From Octopus bimaculoides (lineage: Eukaryota), in assembly GCF_001194135.2 (NCBI RefSeq), contig NC_068986.1, forward strand, positions 73,027,606 through 73,070,719: DNA of 43,114 nucleotides. The letters are read 5' to 3'. The notes under the pieces are model-generated. The model searched no databases, was not told the origin of the DNA, and worked only from the letters and a program-made list of their open reading frames with translations. The translations under genes were made by a program, and so were the position numbers. Below are positions 1-13,004 of this stretch, in pieces; positions within the stretch are counted from its first letter, which is position 1; every line of letters begins with the position of its first letter.

Positions 1-352
1 TGGCACATGAGATGCACCATTTTGAGCGTGGCCGTTGCCAGTACCGCCTGACTGGCTCCCGTAGGATTTTCGAGTGAGATCGTTGCCAGTGCCCCTGGAC
101 TGGCTTGTGCGGGTGGCACATAAAAGACACCATTTCGAGCGTGTCCGTTTTCGTGCGGGTGACACGTAAAAGCACCCACTACACTCTCTGAGTGGTTGGC
201 GTTAGGAAGGGCATCCAGCTGTAGAAACTCTGCCAAATTAGATTGGAGCCTGGTGTTGCCATCCGGTTTCACCAGTCCTCAGTCAAATCGTCCAACCCAT
301 GCTAGCATGGAGAGCGGACGTTAAACGATGATGATGATGATGATGATGATGA
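1..352 (+). mobile_element. RTE-clade LINE 3' end (3' UTR plus (GAT)n tail)
   Basis: Matches the 3' UTR that follows the RTE ORF end in the 1467-2308 copy. Ends ccatgctagcatgg...ggacgttaaac(gat)n. Confidence 0.85.
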
Positions 353-822
353 TTACATCAAAGGTGAACTTCTGAGAGAATTGGACACAATGTGTACACA
401 AATTATTCATTAAAATTTGTCTATCAAATACCCTCAAAAGGCTTTGGTCAGCTCAAAGGTATATAGTAGAAGTAGTGGACCCAAAATTATATTGTTTGGA
501 AGCATTCTTCTTAGCTACTCTGCTTAATCTAATGGTATAAACAAAATTTGCATAACTTATGTAATAGGTGAACTAAGTACAGAAATATATTTTCTGATTC
601 GACATGTGGATATTGAGTGATGGAGAGTGAAACAGCATTCCTGTTACCCTTCAAACATCCAATCAAAAGCTTCCTTATTAACCAGGCTAGGAACCACCCC
701 TACCCCATTCTTGGGGATCCAGCTGAAGTGAGTCTACTATACCAACCAGCTTTGTCATGAATCAAGATATGGCTTATGAGTCCAAGAGAATGAACAAATT
801 AATTTTAGATAGCAAATAACTT

Positions 823-1144
823 CTGTGGAATGTCAGTTTATAAACAACCTCTTATCATGAACAAATTGGTTTATGAACAATTTTTCAAGCATAAAACCTC
901 TTGAGTGATGAATGGTGTATTGAATAACGAGTACGCAAGATGGCAACAAAAGTTGGCGACAAGCTGAAAGTGTCAATGAGAGGGCATCAGTTGCTGTCCT
1001 GCTTTCACTTAGTGCAAATCCTTGCTTGAATTTGCCATGCCTTCTCTTGAATTTCCTACGGGGAAAATAGTTTCAATTTATGAACAGTTTGGGTGACAAG
1101 CAACCTTTAGGAATGAATTAAATTTGTAAACTGAAGTTACACTG
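823..1144. mobile_element. Degenerate pogo/Tigger-like MITE
   Basis: Imperfect TIRs ctgtggaatgtcagtttataaac and tttgtaaactgaagttacactg|ta, resembling CAGTGGAACCTCGGTTTACGAAC-type ends. Confidence 0.5.
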
Positions 1145-1466
1145 TAATATTTTTAGAGCCTTGCTAAATGTTACCTTTTGTGCATGTTTGGTTAATTGGA
1201 ATTTTCTTTACTTTTGTCTTTATACCAATACTACTCTTGACTACTCATGTAGTCACTTAATGATGAAATCCTGTATGTTGGTACAGAATATGGAGCATGT
1301 GTACCGAAGGCTGCTAGGTTGAATGACAGTTCTGTGGCAATAAAACTAGTAAAATCAACTCATTTGTCATCATATTCTCAAATGATAGATCCATGATTGT
1401 AATTAATTTAATATATTACCTACAGTACACATTTTCATATCACAATACATAATTACATAATATATA

Positions 1467-2308
1467 ATGAGGATAGCTGTGTGAAAAAGTGCCACACCCT
1501 AGCAGTTGAGGGAACCTGTGGAAGAGGTAGGCCCAGGAAGACCTGGGATGAGGTGGTGAGGCACGACCTTCGAACATTGGGCCTCACCGAGACAATGACT
1601 TCTGACCGAGACCTTTGGAAATATGCTGTGCATGAGAAGACCCGGCAAGCCAAGTGAGACCTAAATCCAAGGCCTCTGCCAGGGGTGTAGCCAGCCCACC
1701 TATGCGTACCTTCCTTCATTGGACACTAAACTCTGCTTGCGAAGACCTGTTGAGGCAAGTGAAATCAAAATTGAACTAAATTCGACATTTGGCNNNNNNN
1801 NNNNNNNNNNNNNNNNNNNNNNNNNNNNNNNNNNNNNNNNNNNNNNNNNNNNNNNNNNNNNNNNNNNNNNNNNNNNNNNNNNNNNNNNNNNNNNNNNNNN
1901 NNNNNNNNNNNNNNNNNNNNNNNNNNNNNNNNNNNNNNNNNNNNNCAAGCGAAAGTGAAATCGTGATGGCACCTGTGCCCAGCGTTGCCTTCCTGGCACA
2001 TGTAAAAACATTTGAGCGAGATCGTTGCCAGTGCTGCTGGACTGGCTCCTGTGCAGGTGGCATGTAAAATACACCATTTTGAGTGTGGGCGTTGCCAGTA
2101 CCGCCCGACTGGCCTTTGTGCCGGTGGCATGTAAAAGCACCCACTACACTCTTGGAGTGGTTGGCGTTAGGAAGGGTATCTAGCTGTAGAAACTCTGCCA
2201 AATCAGATTGGAGCCTGGTGTAGCCATCTGGTTTCACCAGTCCTCAGTCAAATCGTCCAACCCATGCTAGCATGGAAGGCGGACGTTAAACGATGATGAT
2301 GATGATGT
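1467..2308 (+). mobile_element. 5'-truncated RTE-clade LINE (ORF C-terminus, 3' UTR, (GAT)n tail; N gap inside)
   Basis: Translates to [61 protein letters not shown] (stop 1655-1657), a typical RTE C-terminus with GRGRP.KTW and DR..W motifs. Confidence 0.9.
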
Positions 2309-3329
2309 GTATATATATACATATATATATAATGTGTGTATACATATAATATATATATATATATTTATATAAATAGTAATGGTAAGACAACAAAAGAATG
2401 AATGAGACCTCGATATTATGTAGATAGAGGAATTTATATCTGTAATATAATATGTGACAATTATTCAGTTGCCATAATAAGACTCCAAGTTTCGGATATT
2501 ACAGATATATATATACACATACAGACAGAGAGAGAGACAGACAGACTGACAGAAAGTGTGTGTACTGGACCTGTTATCTAGCTTCCAGAAATCTGGAAAT
2601 ACTGTGCAATAATATTATGTAATATACTGTATGTTGCTTTTGAGTAAACTAACCCATTTTTTGAAATTGGTCAATTTGCATACAATGAGTTAAAAATAGT
2701 TTTGTCCTTTGTTTTTTTAAAGTGGAATTTCAAAGATGTGATATATTCTGCTTTAGAAGTGTATTAATTTCAATCTGTTAAATATGATTTAGCACTTTAT
2801 TTTTTTCCTTAATTCATTTTATATTTTAAGTATGTATTTATACTGTCTCGAGAAAACTTGTAAATCCAGAAATTTGTTCTAATCAGCAGAAAGTTACAAT
2901 AGTGACTGGAGGGCTGAAAGTTTTGTGCCTGACACTTTGACTGACTTCAAATCTGAGATTGTTTCTTATATAGAGGGAATTACAGTTCTTTCTAGAATGT
3001 TCAATTAAAAAATTAATATTGGGGAGTCACATGAAAATTCTTAATTTTCAAGTAGTCTTCTTGTTAAACAGAGAGTAGTCTTGAAAGTAGATAATACTTA
3101 CTGTAGTGAAAAAAAGAAAAGAAAAAGCAAACACTGCTACATTCATATGCCCATAAACATCCACTCATACACATACATATATTTATATATATAAAACCAC
3201 ATACACCCCCACACACTGTGACATTCAGGTTTATAGGTTTATATAAGCATTTATATATATGAACATGAATACACTCAAGTATTACATTATCAGATAGTAT
3301 GAACACACACATTCAAACATATAGATATA

Positions 3330-3366
<37 letters not shown>

Positions 3367-3447
3367 TGTGTGTGTGTGTGTATGTATCTATCTATCTATA
3401 TCTATCTATATCTATCTATATATATATATATATATATNNNNNNNNNN

Positions 3448-3481
<34 letters not shown>

Positions 3482-3504
3482 ATAATCAAGCGCTACTTGA
3501 AAAT

Positions 3505-3675
3505 GAGTGCTATCATCATGCGAGCAGTGTCTCCTGTGTTTCCAGTCTTTGAAGGCATAGGTGACCCTGAGGAAATATTAGTTCGCTTGGGAATAGGTAA
3601 AGGTTGGTGACAGAAAGGGCACCTGATCTTAAAATTCAACCTTGGGATTCCATCTGGCCCATGCAAGCATGGAGA
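3505..3675 (+). mobile_element. Old retroposon 3' end sharing the RTE-type tail
   Basis: Contains ggttggtgacagaaagggcacc and ccatgcaagcatgg, diverged equivalents of the RTE tail motifs. Confidence 0.5.
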
Positions 3676-4671
3676 CCAGTAATATAATGGTGGTGATATA
3701 TTTGTGTACAAATATATGTATATACGTGTGTGTGCGTGTGTTCAGAGATGCATAGATATGTATATACATTTGCTCCTTCAGCAATGCATAGTGCTACCTC
3801 TAGTTATAAATGAAGTTAGATCAAAATAAATTGACTAACATATGTGCTTTGGTGCATGAGTACTTATAAATATCTGAATTTCGTTCCAAATATGTTAATG
3901 AATTTATATTTGAATGTCTGATTTTACTGTTAACATTTAATATAAAAATCTTATATTTCTTGTACAAGCTAGTATTGTAAGTAGTCTGTTTTTACTGCTG
4001 TTTTCATCTTTCTTTTTGTTTGTTATTTCATCTGAATTCCTAACTGAATCAAAACCCCTCTCTCTATCTTATCTAAAGGACTCCCTGTTTTCAATAATTC
4101 CTACTTTCCTTTATTAAGCATTTATCCTTAATATAGCATCAATTATATTTATTTCCCTATTTTATTCTTTCATATCTCTTTATATTTCAAATTTCTGCAT
4201 TTATATTTTCATCAGTTTATTTTGGTGCTTATTCTATAAACTTAATCAAATGCTGTCCTATTTTGCACTCTGTAACTATTGTCTTCTCCATTCACCAAGA
4301 TTGTTAATTGAATGAGCACACAGAGGTTGTATTTCTTTTTAAATGAGTATTAATACCTATTTTGATACTTCTATGTAATCTTGGTAAATTCTTGTCTCTG
4401 TTAAAAGCTTTGAATTTTATATTTAATTTCCCTTATTTAAAAAAGATAATATTGATTACTTCTTCACCCTGGTTACTTGGCTAACTGTTAGATTGATTTC
4501 ATTTTTGTTCCATCCATTCGACTCCCTCACCATTAGTCTTCTTCTCTACAGCTAATGCACACACATTCTCAGTATTGATCAGTTTTCAATATTTTACTGC
4601 CTTTGTTATATTGTACCAAGTGTTGGGCAGCTGTTGAAAATAGAAGCCAGTCAAATGTGGGTGGTGATAAC

Positions 4672-4686
4672 ATCAGTAGTAGTAGC

Positions 4687-4740
<54 letters not shown>
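4672..4740. repeat. (AGT)n microsatellite
   Basis: Read directly; about 22 units with one AGC interruption. Confidence 0.95.
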
Positions 4741-6519
4741 TCATTATAAACTTAGGTGGCATCTTTCGAAAGATATTTTCTATGTTTATTAAAATCAAGC
4801 TTTCAGTCATATAAATATACACTCCTTCTATGATGATGTCCGCTATGCAATGTCATGACTTAAAAGTATTATAATAGCTTGAATGTAGTATTTTTTAACT
4901 TCAATCTGATCATAATATCTAACCAGGTGTTAATAAATATTTACCTATCTGGTCAATATATTTTCTGTGTTGCAACAAAGGTTTAAACCACTTATAATCT
5001 GAAAAAAAAAAAAAAAAAAGCACTTGAAGATGGTTGAAGACTATAACCATGAAAAGGGTCTATTTAGATCCACTACCTTCTTGGTCATTTATATTCTCTA
5101 TACTTGATAGTAGAATATCTCATTTTTGTATTTCATTTACAAGATCCTTGACTTGAATTCATGAGTTAAAACATATTTTGTTGTATCTTGGAAGGGTCGT
5201 TATGCCAATAATAAACATGTTCACTGGTTCAGGTTCATTTCTTTATTCATTATTTGTCATTTGGCTTAACTATTTAACCTATGATTTAACTGTTTGTTTA
5301 ATTATTCAGTTAATCAATAAGTTATGTTAAACAAAGTCCTTCCATTGCCACTTGCAACCTCGTCAATGATACAGCCTCTCTAAGTCTGCTTCATGTCTTT
5401 GTGCCTTTTAGCTTGTAGGTTCAGTAGTTATGTAGTTGTGTGAGTGAGAACATAGAGGAAGGGGGGGAGAGAGAGAGAAAGAAAGACGGTGTGTGCACTC
5501 TGGTGAGTGATACTGACACTTAAAAAAAACTTCTATAAAAATGTAGAGACCACCACCACCACCCCTGCCACTACATGAGTGTGTTAAACACACATCTGTG
5601 TGCATTATGCATGTGTGTGTGTGTGTGTGTGTGTGGGGAATTGATCAATACCCAAACTTATTTCTTTGAGTTATTGGAATAAAAGACAGTGTCATTCAAT
5701 TGTAATTTGATCCATACCTTCCCACAAGTAACACAGCTGGACAGTACACGCACACATACACTGACACCTACTCATACACAGTCCAATCAAAATGACAGAA
5801 GCACTAATCATAAAATAAATGAAGATAAACAAATAAACATTTTATGATCCACACCCTTCACAAAATCCACTAACACACACACATGTGTATGCGCGCACGT
5901 GTGTGTGTGTGTGTGCAGATATACGTCTTCTCAAACGTATTACAAAATCAACTATACCACACGAAAACACATTTACGCGCGCACGCACACACATGCACTC
6001 ACACTCTCTCTCTCTCCCTTTCCCTCATGTTCTTCATACCTGTACAGTTACATAAATATAGAAACTATAAACTAAGAAACAGACAGGTTTGAAGCAGACC
6101 TGGAAGTAGAGAGGGCATGCTATTCATGAGGTTGTGAATGGATTTTGACAAACCTAACTGATTGATTAACTAAATGATTAATCAAGCAAATCAGTTAGTT
6201 AATTGGTTAAATAGTTAAGCAATTGACAAATAAATAAATGAAACTGAACCAGTGTATGCATTTATTATTGGCAAATTGATACTCCTGAAGTACAACAGTT
6301 TAACGTCCGCTTTCCATGCTAGCATGGGTTGGAATATCTATATATTTATAAATACAGACCATGCTGTTGCAACCACACCAAAGATTTGTGTTCCATCACC
6401 ATATGCGAATATAATTCTTTGTGCTATTGTTTGCAAATCATAATTTTTGTGTAGCTGCTTCAATCTTTATCTTCATTTACAACACTAACATGTCAATAAT
6501 CTCTTTGATTGAGATTTAA

Positions 6520-6728
6520 CCTTTTAGCATTCAGATTAAAATGTATTATAATTCTTATTTATTGACATTGTTTTGATTTAATCAGTCATTATCTTGTACC
6601 TTCGAGATTTTGATGATGTGATTGTATATATTTTGAATGACATTGTAAGGTAAGACCCAATTTGGTTGGTTTGAACATAAAACAGGTAGAATATTTTGGC
6701 TCGGTTTGGCTGATTTAAAACTTAAAGG
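6520..6728. mobile_element. piggyBac-type MITE
   Basis: ttaa|ccttttagcattcagatta ... cttaaagg|ttaa with TTAA flanks; homologous to 13896-14061. Confidence 0.7.
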
Positions 6729-7026
6729 TTAAAAAATAACTTTGCTTTATATCAAGAATTTGATTTGATCTTTGTTGCAAGCATGAAAAATTTTAATTTT
6801 CTCTGTAGATTTTATTCATTCCTTTAAATCATATATCAAGAAAGATGCACATTAAATTCTGGACTATACTAAACATATTATCCTTCTGAGAGACAAACCT
6901 TCACTCACCAACATGCTAAGAGAAAAGTGTTTGATCCCTTGTTTTTGCTGACTCCACATTCACTTTATCTATATCCTACTTCCCAGACTCCCTCATCAAC
7001 AGCTACATGCAGAAATTAAAACTGAA

Positions 7027-7570
7027 GGATCTTTTTTAAAACGGGGGGCCACATTTTTCATTAATGTTTTACGTAGTGCTTTTGGTACCGAAAGACTTTC
7101 AAACTTCGTATACTTATCTATTTTGTGTTATAGAACAGAAAAATATTTTTGTATTTGAATTTATTTCATGTAAAAAATTGTCTTATTTCGATAATTTCAA
7201 CCAATCACTGACGTCCATTCAGCCGATATACATTAAGTGCCGACTACATAAACAAACGATTCTTCGTTTTATTTGCTTTTTTCATTTTAAATTTGCTTTA
7301 ACCCTAACTCTAACCCTAGGGTTAGGGTTAATTGTTTCAGAATCGTTTGTTTATGTAGTCGGCACTTAATGTATATCGGCTGAATGGACGTCAGTGATTG
7401 GTTGAAATTACAGAAATACGACAACTTTAACATGGAATAATTTATGGATTTCGTTTTTTTTTTAAGAAGACTAAGAGAAAAAGATGTTTTATATGACACA
7501 TTCTACCAGTGATCCAAGTTTCAAAGTGTTTCGTTAATGAAAAATGTGGCCCCCGTTTTAAAAAAGATCC
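7027..7570. mobile_element. Palindromic MITE with 8-bp TSD, possibly Merlin-like
   Basis: ~38-bp TIR ggatcttttttaaaacggggg(g)ccacatttttcattaa at both ends and a perfect 8-bp direct repeat aaactgaa at 7019-7026 and 7571-7578. GG termini with an 8-bp TSD fit Merlin; hAT and P are not excluded. Confidence 0.8.
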
Positions 7571-7968
7571 AAACTGAACATAGACTGTATAGAGGTCTCC
7601 ATTCTGGAAAATCCTGCAAATTACTAATATTGTTGATATATCAGCTATGTATTCCAAGTGTCACTTCACCTGTTGTAGGAACTGCATGCTTTAGAAGAGA
7701 TTCAAGCTCTACTGTACCATTCTAGACTATTGCATGTTGGTACAGGTTGGTGGTCAATTAAATTGACCCTAGTACTAGACTGTTACTTTATTTTGTTGAT
7801 CCTACAGGGATAGAATACAAAGTTGATTTTGGTGGGATTTGAAATTAGAGCATGTAAATCCAGAACAAATAGTGCAAAGCATTTTATCCAATTTTCTAAT
7901 GCATCTTCTAGTTTACTACATTGTGTCAGTATGAACATAAGTGTGTGTGTGTGTATATATATATATAT

Positions 7969-8100
<132 letters not shown>

Positions 8101-8119
8101 ATTTCAAACTTATTCAATA

Positions 8120-8535
8120 GTGTAGCTACAACATCTGATGAAACTACAGCAAGCCATTTTTACTTAGGACAGCAACAATTCAAGTTCAGCAGTAAAGTTT
8201 TACCTGTTCTTTCTAGAGCATCAGTAATTGTTAAGTTATCTTCGTTGTTGTCAATTTTTGTTTTGATTGTCTCAGAGACAGTCCTATCTTTGTTATTGAG
8301 CATATGTGATTGTTCTGTTAGACTTTAGCTGAAAGATTTAATTCATCTGGTTTGCTAGGTACATTTTGTCGTTGGTCTACAGCTGGAAAACCATAATAAA
8401 CTGTTGAATGCTTAGATTGAATCAACTGGTTGTTCAGTATGCACAGCATGTCATTAATGGCAGTTTCTATTGCATTTTCAATGGTCATTCTTTTCTGTAA
8501 TGTAGAAAAACTTTGACTGTTGCAAAACATGTATA
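8120..8535 (-). mobile_element. Helitron PIF1-helicase fragment
   Basis: Reverse complement aligns by eye to about 37580-38020 and translates to DALERTGKTLLLNL, a decayed Walker A motif (DAPGGTGKT). Confidence 0.75.
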
Positions 8536-9183
8536 TATTTTAGAGGCTCAGAGGGATAGCAGAAGCTAAAAGTTGTAATGAATAGATTTCTGAGCTGGTC
8601 TGCAGAATGAGTTGTTGCAGTCTGATTTATGCACATACTCAACACTTAATAAGTGTTCTGTTCTTCAATCAATCCTAACTGTAGAGCATATGCAGAGATA
8701 AGTATTGATGTTGAATTGTCTATAATTAGTCAGTTTAATTATCCTATCACACACCCTGACTACCTTTATTCACACTACAATGGAAAAACATTGTGAAGAG
8801 AAGCTATTTTACACATTAGAATATCTATAGAGAAATACTAGATGAAAGAGGAAGCAAAACAAAAGTGGTGCTTATCTTTCCATAGCTTCTTTTCTATCTT
8901 AAGGAAGTAGAGTTGTCGAAATGGGATAGGTCCTAATATATATAAATGTAAGGAAAAGGAGGGAAAACAGTTGAGGGAGGCTGTTGTTTCTAATGTATGT
9001 AAGTGAGGATATTTAGAAGTATATAAGTAGTTGAGGAGGAGAGATTAAGAGTAACTTATAATATGATGTCCATGTGCATATTAAACATGCCTCCATATAG
9101 CCAGGATAGGAAACATCTGGTAACAGGCAGCCTGGTCAGGTTTCTTTTTAGTGTGTGTGAGTTTGTGTGCATGTATGTATATA

Positions 9184-9723
9184 CACGGTGCAGTGAATAA
9201 ACTGTCATCTAAATTACGCAAAAATGAAAATGACACTGACATCACATTTTAACAGATATATTTACCAAAATTACTTTAAAATATCTTGAAAATTAAGGAG
9301 TAAATTTATTCAATAATATTGCCATTTGCTACAACCATGGCCTCCACACAACTTCGGAATCTCCTGCAGCTCTTCTGGACAGTCTCCTTGTTTAAGTTGG
9401 TGAATACTGCCATAATCTTTGACTTCAGCTCATCTTTGGTGTTATAAGGAGTTTTATTGGTCTGTTGCTCAACTGCACCCCACACATAATAATCAAGTGG
9501 GTTGCAGTCTGGGGAGACAGATGGCCAGATGTTAGGGTTGATGTTATTGCAGAAATTGTCTAACAGCCATGACTAGGTTCTCTAGTTTGTGTGGCATGGT
9601 GCAGAGTCCTGTTGCCAGATATAGGGTGTTCCATCAGCCACCCTCTTGACCCAGGGTAGCACTACCTCCTCCAAGCACTGGATGTAGGCCTTCATGTTGA
9701 GTGTGAGGCTGTATGGGAAGATG
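9184..9723 (-). mobile_element. maT-family (DD37D) Tc1/mariner transposase remnant, 3' half with one TIR
   Basis: WQQDSAPCHTN*RT*SWLLDNFCNNINPNIWPSVSPDCNPLDYYVWG has 37 residues between the 2nd and 3rd catalytic D. Ends ...ANGNIIE*; ta|cacggtg terminus at 9184. Confidence 0.8.
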
Positions 9724-10128
9724 ATACTGGCTTCATTCCTTGTGAACTTACACATGTCCATAGCAGTCACGGCCCATGTTTCACTACCATGTAGCATGGA
9801 TGTTCGTACACATGCATCATACAGTCTGCCTTTTACTCTGAGCGAGAGGCCCTTTGTCACCAGCAGAGGTAAGAGCTCTCTAAACTTTGCCTAGGCTATT
9901 CTTATTCTAGCAGCTACACTTTCAGCACACCCTCCCCCGCTACTGACTTGGTCACCTAGGTAATGGAAGCTAGCAACTACTTCTAGTTTTTCTCCCTGGA
10001 ATCTGGCAGAAGTTGTTCTCTGCACATTTTCAGTGTTTATTGCTCCTGAGCATCTGCCACATACAAAAACTATCTTGCTAGTTAGCCTTCCTTTGATATT
10101 GCTGCACTTCATACGTGTCCATAGCTTA
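9724..10128 (-). mobile_element. RTE LINE ORF fragment (post-RT region), running into the N gap
   Basis: [20 protein letters not shown]...[64 protein letters not shown]; near-identical to the 24680-25310 copy. Confidence 0.9.
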
Positions 10129-10799
10129 NNNNNNNNNNNNNNNNNNNNNNNNNNNNNNNNNNNNNNNNNNNNNNNNNNNNNNNNNNNNNNNNNNNNNNNN
10201 NNNNNNNNNNNNNNNNNNNNNNNNNNNNNNNNNNNNNNNNNNNNNNNNNNNNNNNNNNNNNNNNNNNNNNNNNNNNNNNNNNNNNNNNNNNNNNNNNNNN
10301 NNNNNNNNNNNNNNNNNNNNNNNNNNNNNNNNNNNNNNNNNNNNNNNNNNNNNNNNNNNNNNNNNNNNNNNNNNNNNNNNNNNNNNNNNNNNNNNNNNNN
10401 NNNNNNNNNNNNNNNNNNNNNNNNNNNNNNNNNNNNNNNNNNNNNNNNNNNNNNNNNNNNNNNNNNNNNNNNNNNNNNNNNNNNNNNNNNNNNNNNNNNN
10501 NNNNNNNNNNNNNNNNNNNNNNNNNNNNNNNNNNNNNNNNNNNNNNNNNNNNNNNNNNNNNTATATATATAATTATTTTGACATGCATATTTCTATGCTC
10601 TCATGGGTCATGCAAATTTTTCTACTACTAAATGTCCTTCCTATCACCAGCCACTCACCTGTTTCCAAGTAAGCTAATATTTCCCCGCAACCAGATATGT
10701 CTCTTAAGATTGGAAACAAAGGACACCATTTACATGATGGTGACCCTTGCTTATGACTGTCACACAATGTCAAGGAGGCAATAGTGCTCATGTACAAAC

Positions 10800-10892
10800 A
10801 CACACATTATGGGTTCTTTTTAGTTTCTGTATATCAAATTTACTCACAAGGCTTTAGTCAGCCCCAAGGCTGTAGTGGAAGAAACTTGCCCA
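10800..10892 (-). mobile_element. Decayed SINE fragment (family of 28510-28866)
   Basis: tttcagtttc...aaat.ac tcacaaggcttt.gtc.gccc.aggct.tagt.gaag..acttgccca is the reverse complement of the 28570-28650 body. A more decayed copy lies at about 410-480. Confidence 0.6.
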
Positions 10893-12490
10893 GGGAGGGA
10901 GAGAGAGAGAGAGAGAAAACAATAATTTATTCCAGAGTATATTATTAAAATCAAATTATTTCAAAATGCATTTTTACACATTCTAAAATACGTTATTACA
11001 TACCAGTTTCATTTCTCATGGCAGAGGACTGTTGTAATCTACATATGTAATGTTTGGCTATTAGTCTTCATTTAAGCTATATTGTATTGGCAGTAGCTTC
11101 AATATTATAGATTCACTAGGTAATAAGGGAGGTAATGTTATGTATTTTGAATATTTGCAGAGCAGTGGATAAATATATTTTTCACAATGTCAAAATTATC
11201 AATTTAAACTCGATGTATATTTTTCAATAAAAAATTTCTTTATTAAATCTTTGTTGATCTGTTTTATATTACTACATATTGGCATAATGGGAATGGTTTA
11301 GAATTCACCTGCTGAGTGGCTATTGATCTAAATGTTTGTCAAGAGGAATTTTCCTGGTGTTTGGACCATGTATTTGTTGTCAGTAAGCTGTCATGTTTTC
11401 TTTTTTGACTCTGAGGTTCAATATAATGTTGGTAGGTAAATGGGCTTTTATTATAGTTTCGTTAGTGTATAATTAGATAAATAAGTAAGATTTATTAACT
11501 CAACTGTGAATTAAGTAGAGTTAGCAAGTTATCCTTGACACAATGATAAAATTATAAATCTACTAAACTTCTCTTCTGAAAGAAAAGTCTTCAGTTTTGG
11601 ATTGATTTGATAATTTACACAACGATTGCGACTGTAAATTCATTCAATTTGACATCATTTAATTTCACCTTCCATCACTGAGAGATTTTTAACAGAAGCT
11701 TTACAGTTTGCTTGCAGCTATGCTACTATTACAGACCTAATTTTTTAGTGACCATCAGATTACAAAGCATGGTCTCTTGTCAATGGTTTCTAGATAGACA
11801 AATGCTAGGTGTAGTGGCCCGCTCTTAGCTAAGAATTTTCTCTGTAGTTGTCTTGCTAGGAAACGGGCATTAGTGGTACACCACCTTGATACAAACTTAG
11901 ATTGTATCTCATCTCAGTTATTTTTCTAATTAGGTGTGCTATTTTTGTTACTTTCAGTTTTCACATCTTTAATTACTCTTTTGGCTATAAGGCTAACAAG
12001 TTCAATTTGAGTTTGTACTTCTCTCTTGCACATATTTTCCTCAATCATTAATCTCTTGTGGTTGCATTTCCATGTTTCTTTCTGTTTGATGTTAGTAAGG
12101 GCAAGTTTATTACTATTATCCATTCATAATTTTCCATGATGACATTATCTATTGTTATTTATGTTAGCGTACTTCTTTGCAATCTGGAACACTTCATGCC
12201 TCTGATCCTTCTGTCATAGAACAATTGCCAATCTCTTATTTTCAGCTTCTTTCCATGCTAAGTATATCTGGTGTCTAACTCTAACTTACAGCTAAATAAT
12301 ATCATTTATCTATTTATCTATCACTGATCTTTGTTTTTAATTGGTTTCACATGATTAGATGGTCAGGTACATGAGGTGTTTGAGAGGTAGTGTGAAGGAA
12401 GAGGACTGAATTATGGACAAACAAAACCTGGGTGCTACATCACAACAGAATATCTGCTCACACATCATGTCACTCCTTATGACTTTACAG

Positions 12491-12752
12491 CAGTGGACCC
12501 CCATAGCCATTCAATGTTTAAAGACTACTTTTATAGATACTTCTTTTAAAATACCAATTTTGTTTTTCACACACTAACTTGTGTAAGTTGAACTAAGTAA
12601 AACGTTGCAGAAAGAAACCTAGCTGTGTCTTTCAATAAATATATCTAAAGCAAAATTTTTTTGTGAACCCATAAAATAATACTGTAAACATAATTTATTT
12701 TGTTTGTGTTGATCCCCAAAAATCTTATGTGCATTCTGGTTGAGAATCACTG
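12491..12752. mobile_element. hAT (Charlie-like) MITE
   Basis: cagtgg ... ggttgagaatcactg termini; 8-bp TSD ctttacag / ctttagag (7 of 8 match). Confidence 0.65.
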
Positions 12753-13004
12753 CTTTAGAGCAAGAATAATCCTGCTGCCCTATTCTCTGGATTTGGCCCT
12801 TACAAACTTTCTGTTCTCAAAATTGAAATCCACAGAAGAGATGAGGAAAAATTCTTGGTGAAAACTGTTTACTATTGAAAGCATGTTCCAAAACTGGAAA
12901 AGATGTTGGCAGCACATGCAAAAAGTTGTATTTCTTTTTGATCTATTAGTCCAATTTAGTTTATACCATGTCTTAAAATTTTTTGTTTTTTTTTTGTTTT
13001 GCAG

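Noticed and set aside
1-190. Repeat-spacer-like periodicity in the RTE 3' UTR as a CRISPR array
   Set aside because: The units are degenerate, lack unique spacers, sit in a eukaryotic LINE UTR, and no cas genes are present.
5193-5220. RVVMPI as the missing PITP micro-exon
   Set aside because: There is no AG at the required position and no EE|GT end.
7298-7331. TAACCC/TTAGGG repeats as a telomere or fusion scar
   Set aside because: There are only a few units, and they lie inside a TSD-bounded MITE.
12763-12792. RIILLPYSLD as the missing PITP micro-exon
   Set aside because: It has no correctly phased acceptor or donor, has an extra residue, and abuts a hAT MITE TSD.
12999-13004. TTG start codons assigned to ORFs 12999..13196 and 29206..29421
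   Set aside because: Each ttgcag is a splice acceptor; the exons begin at 13005 and 29212.
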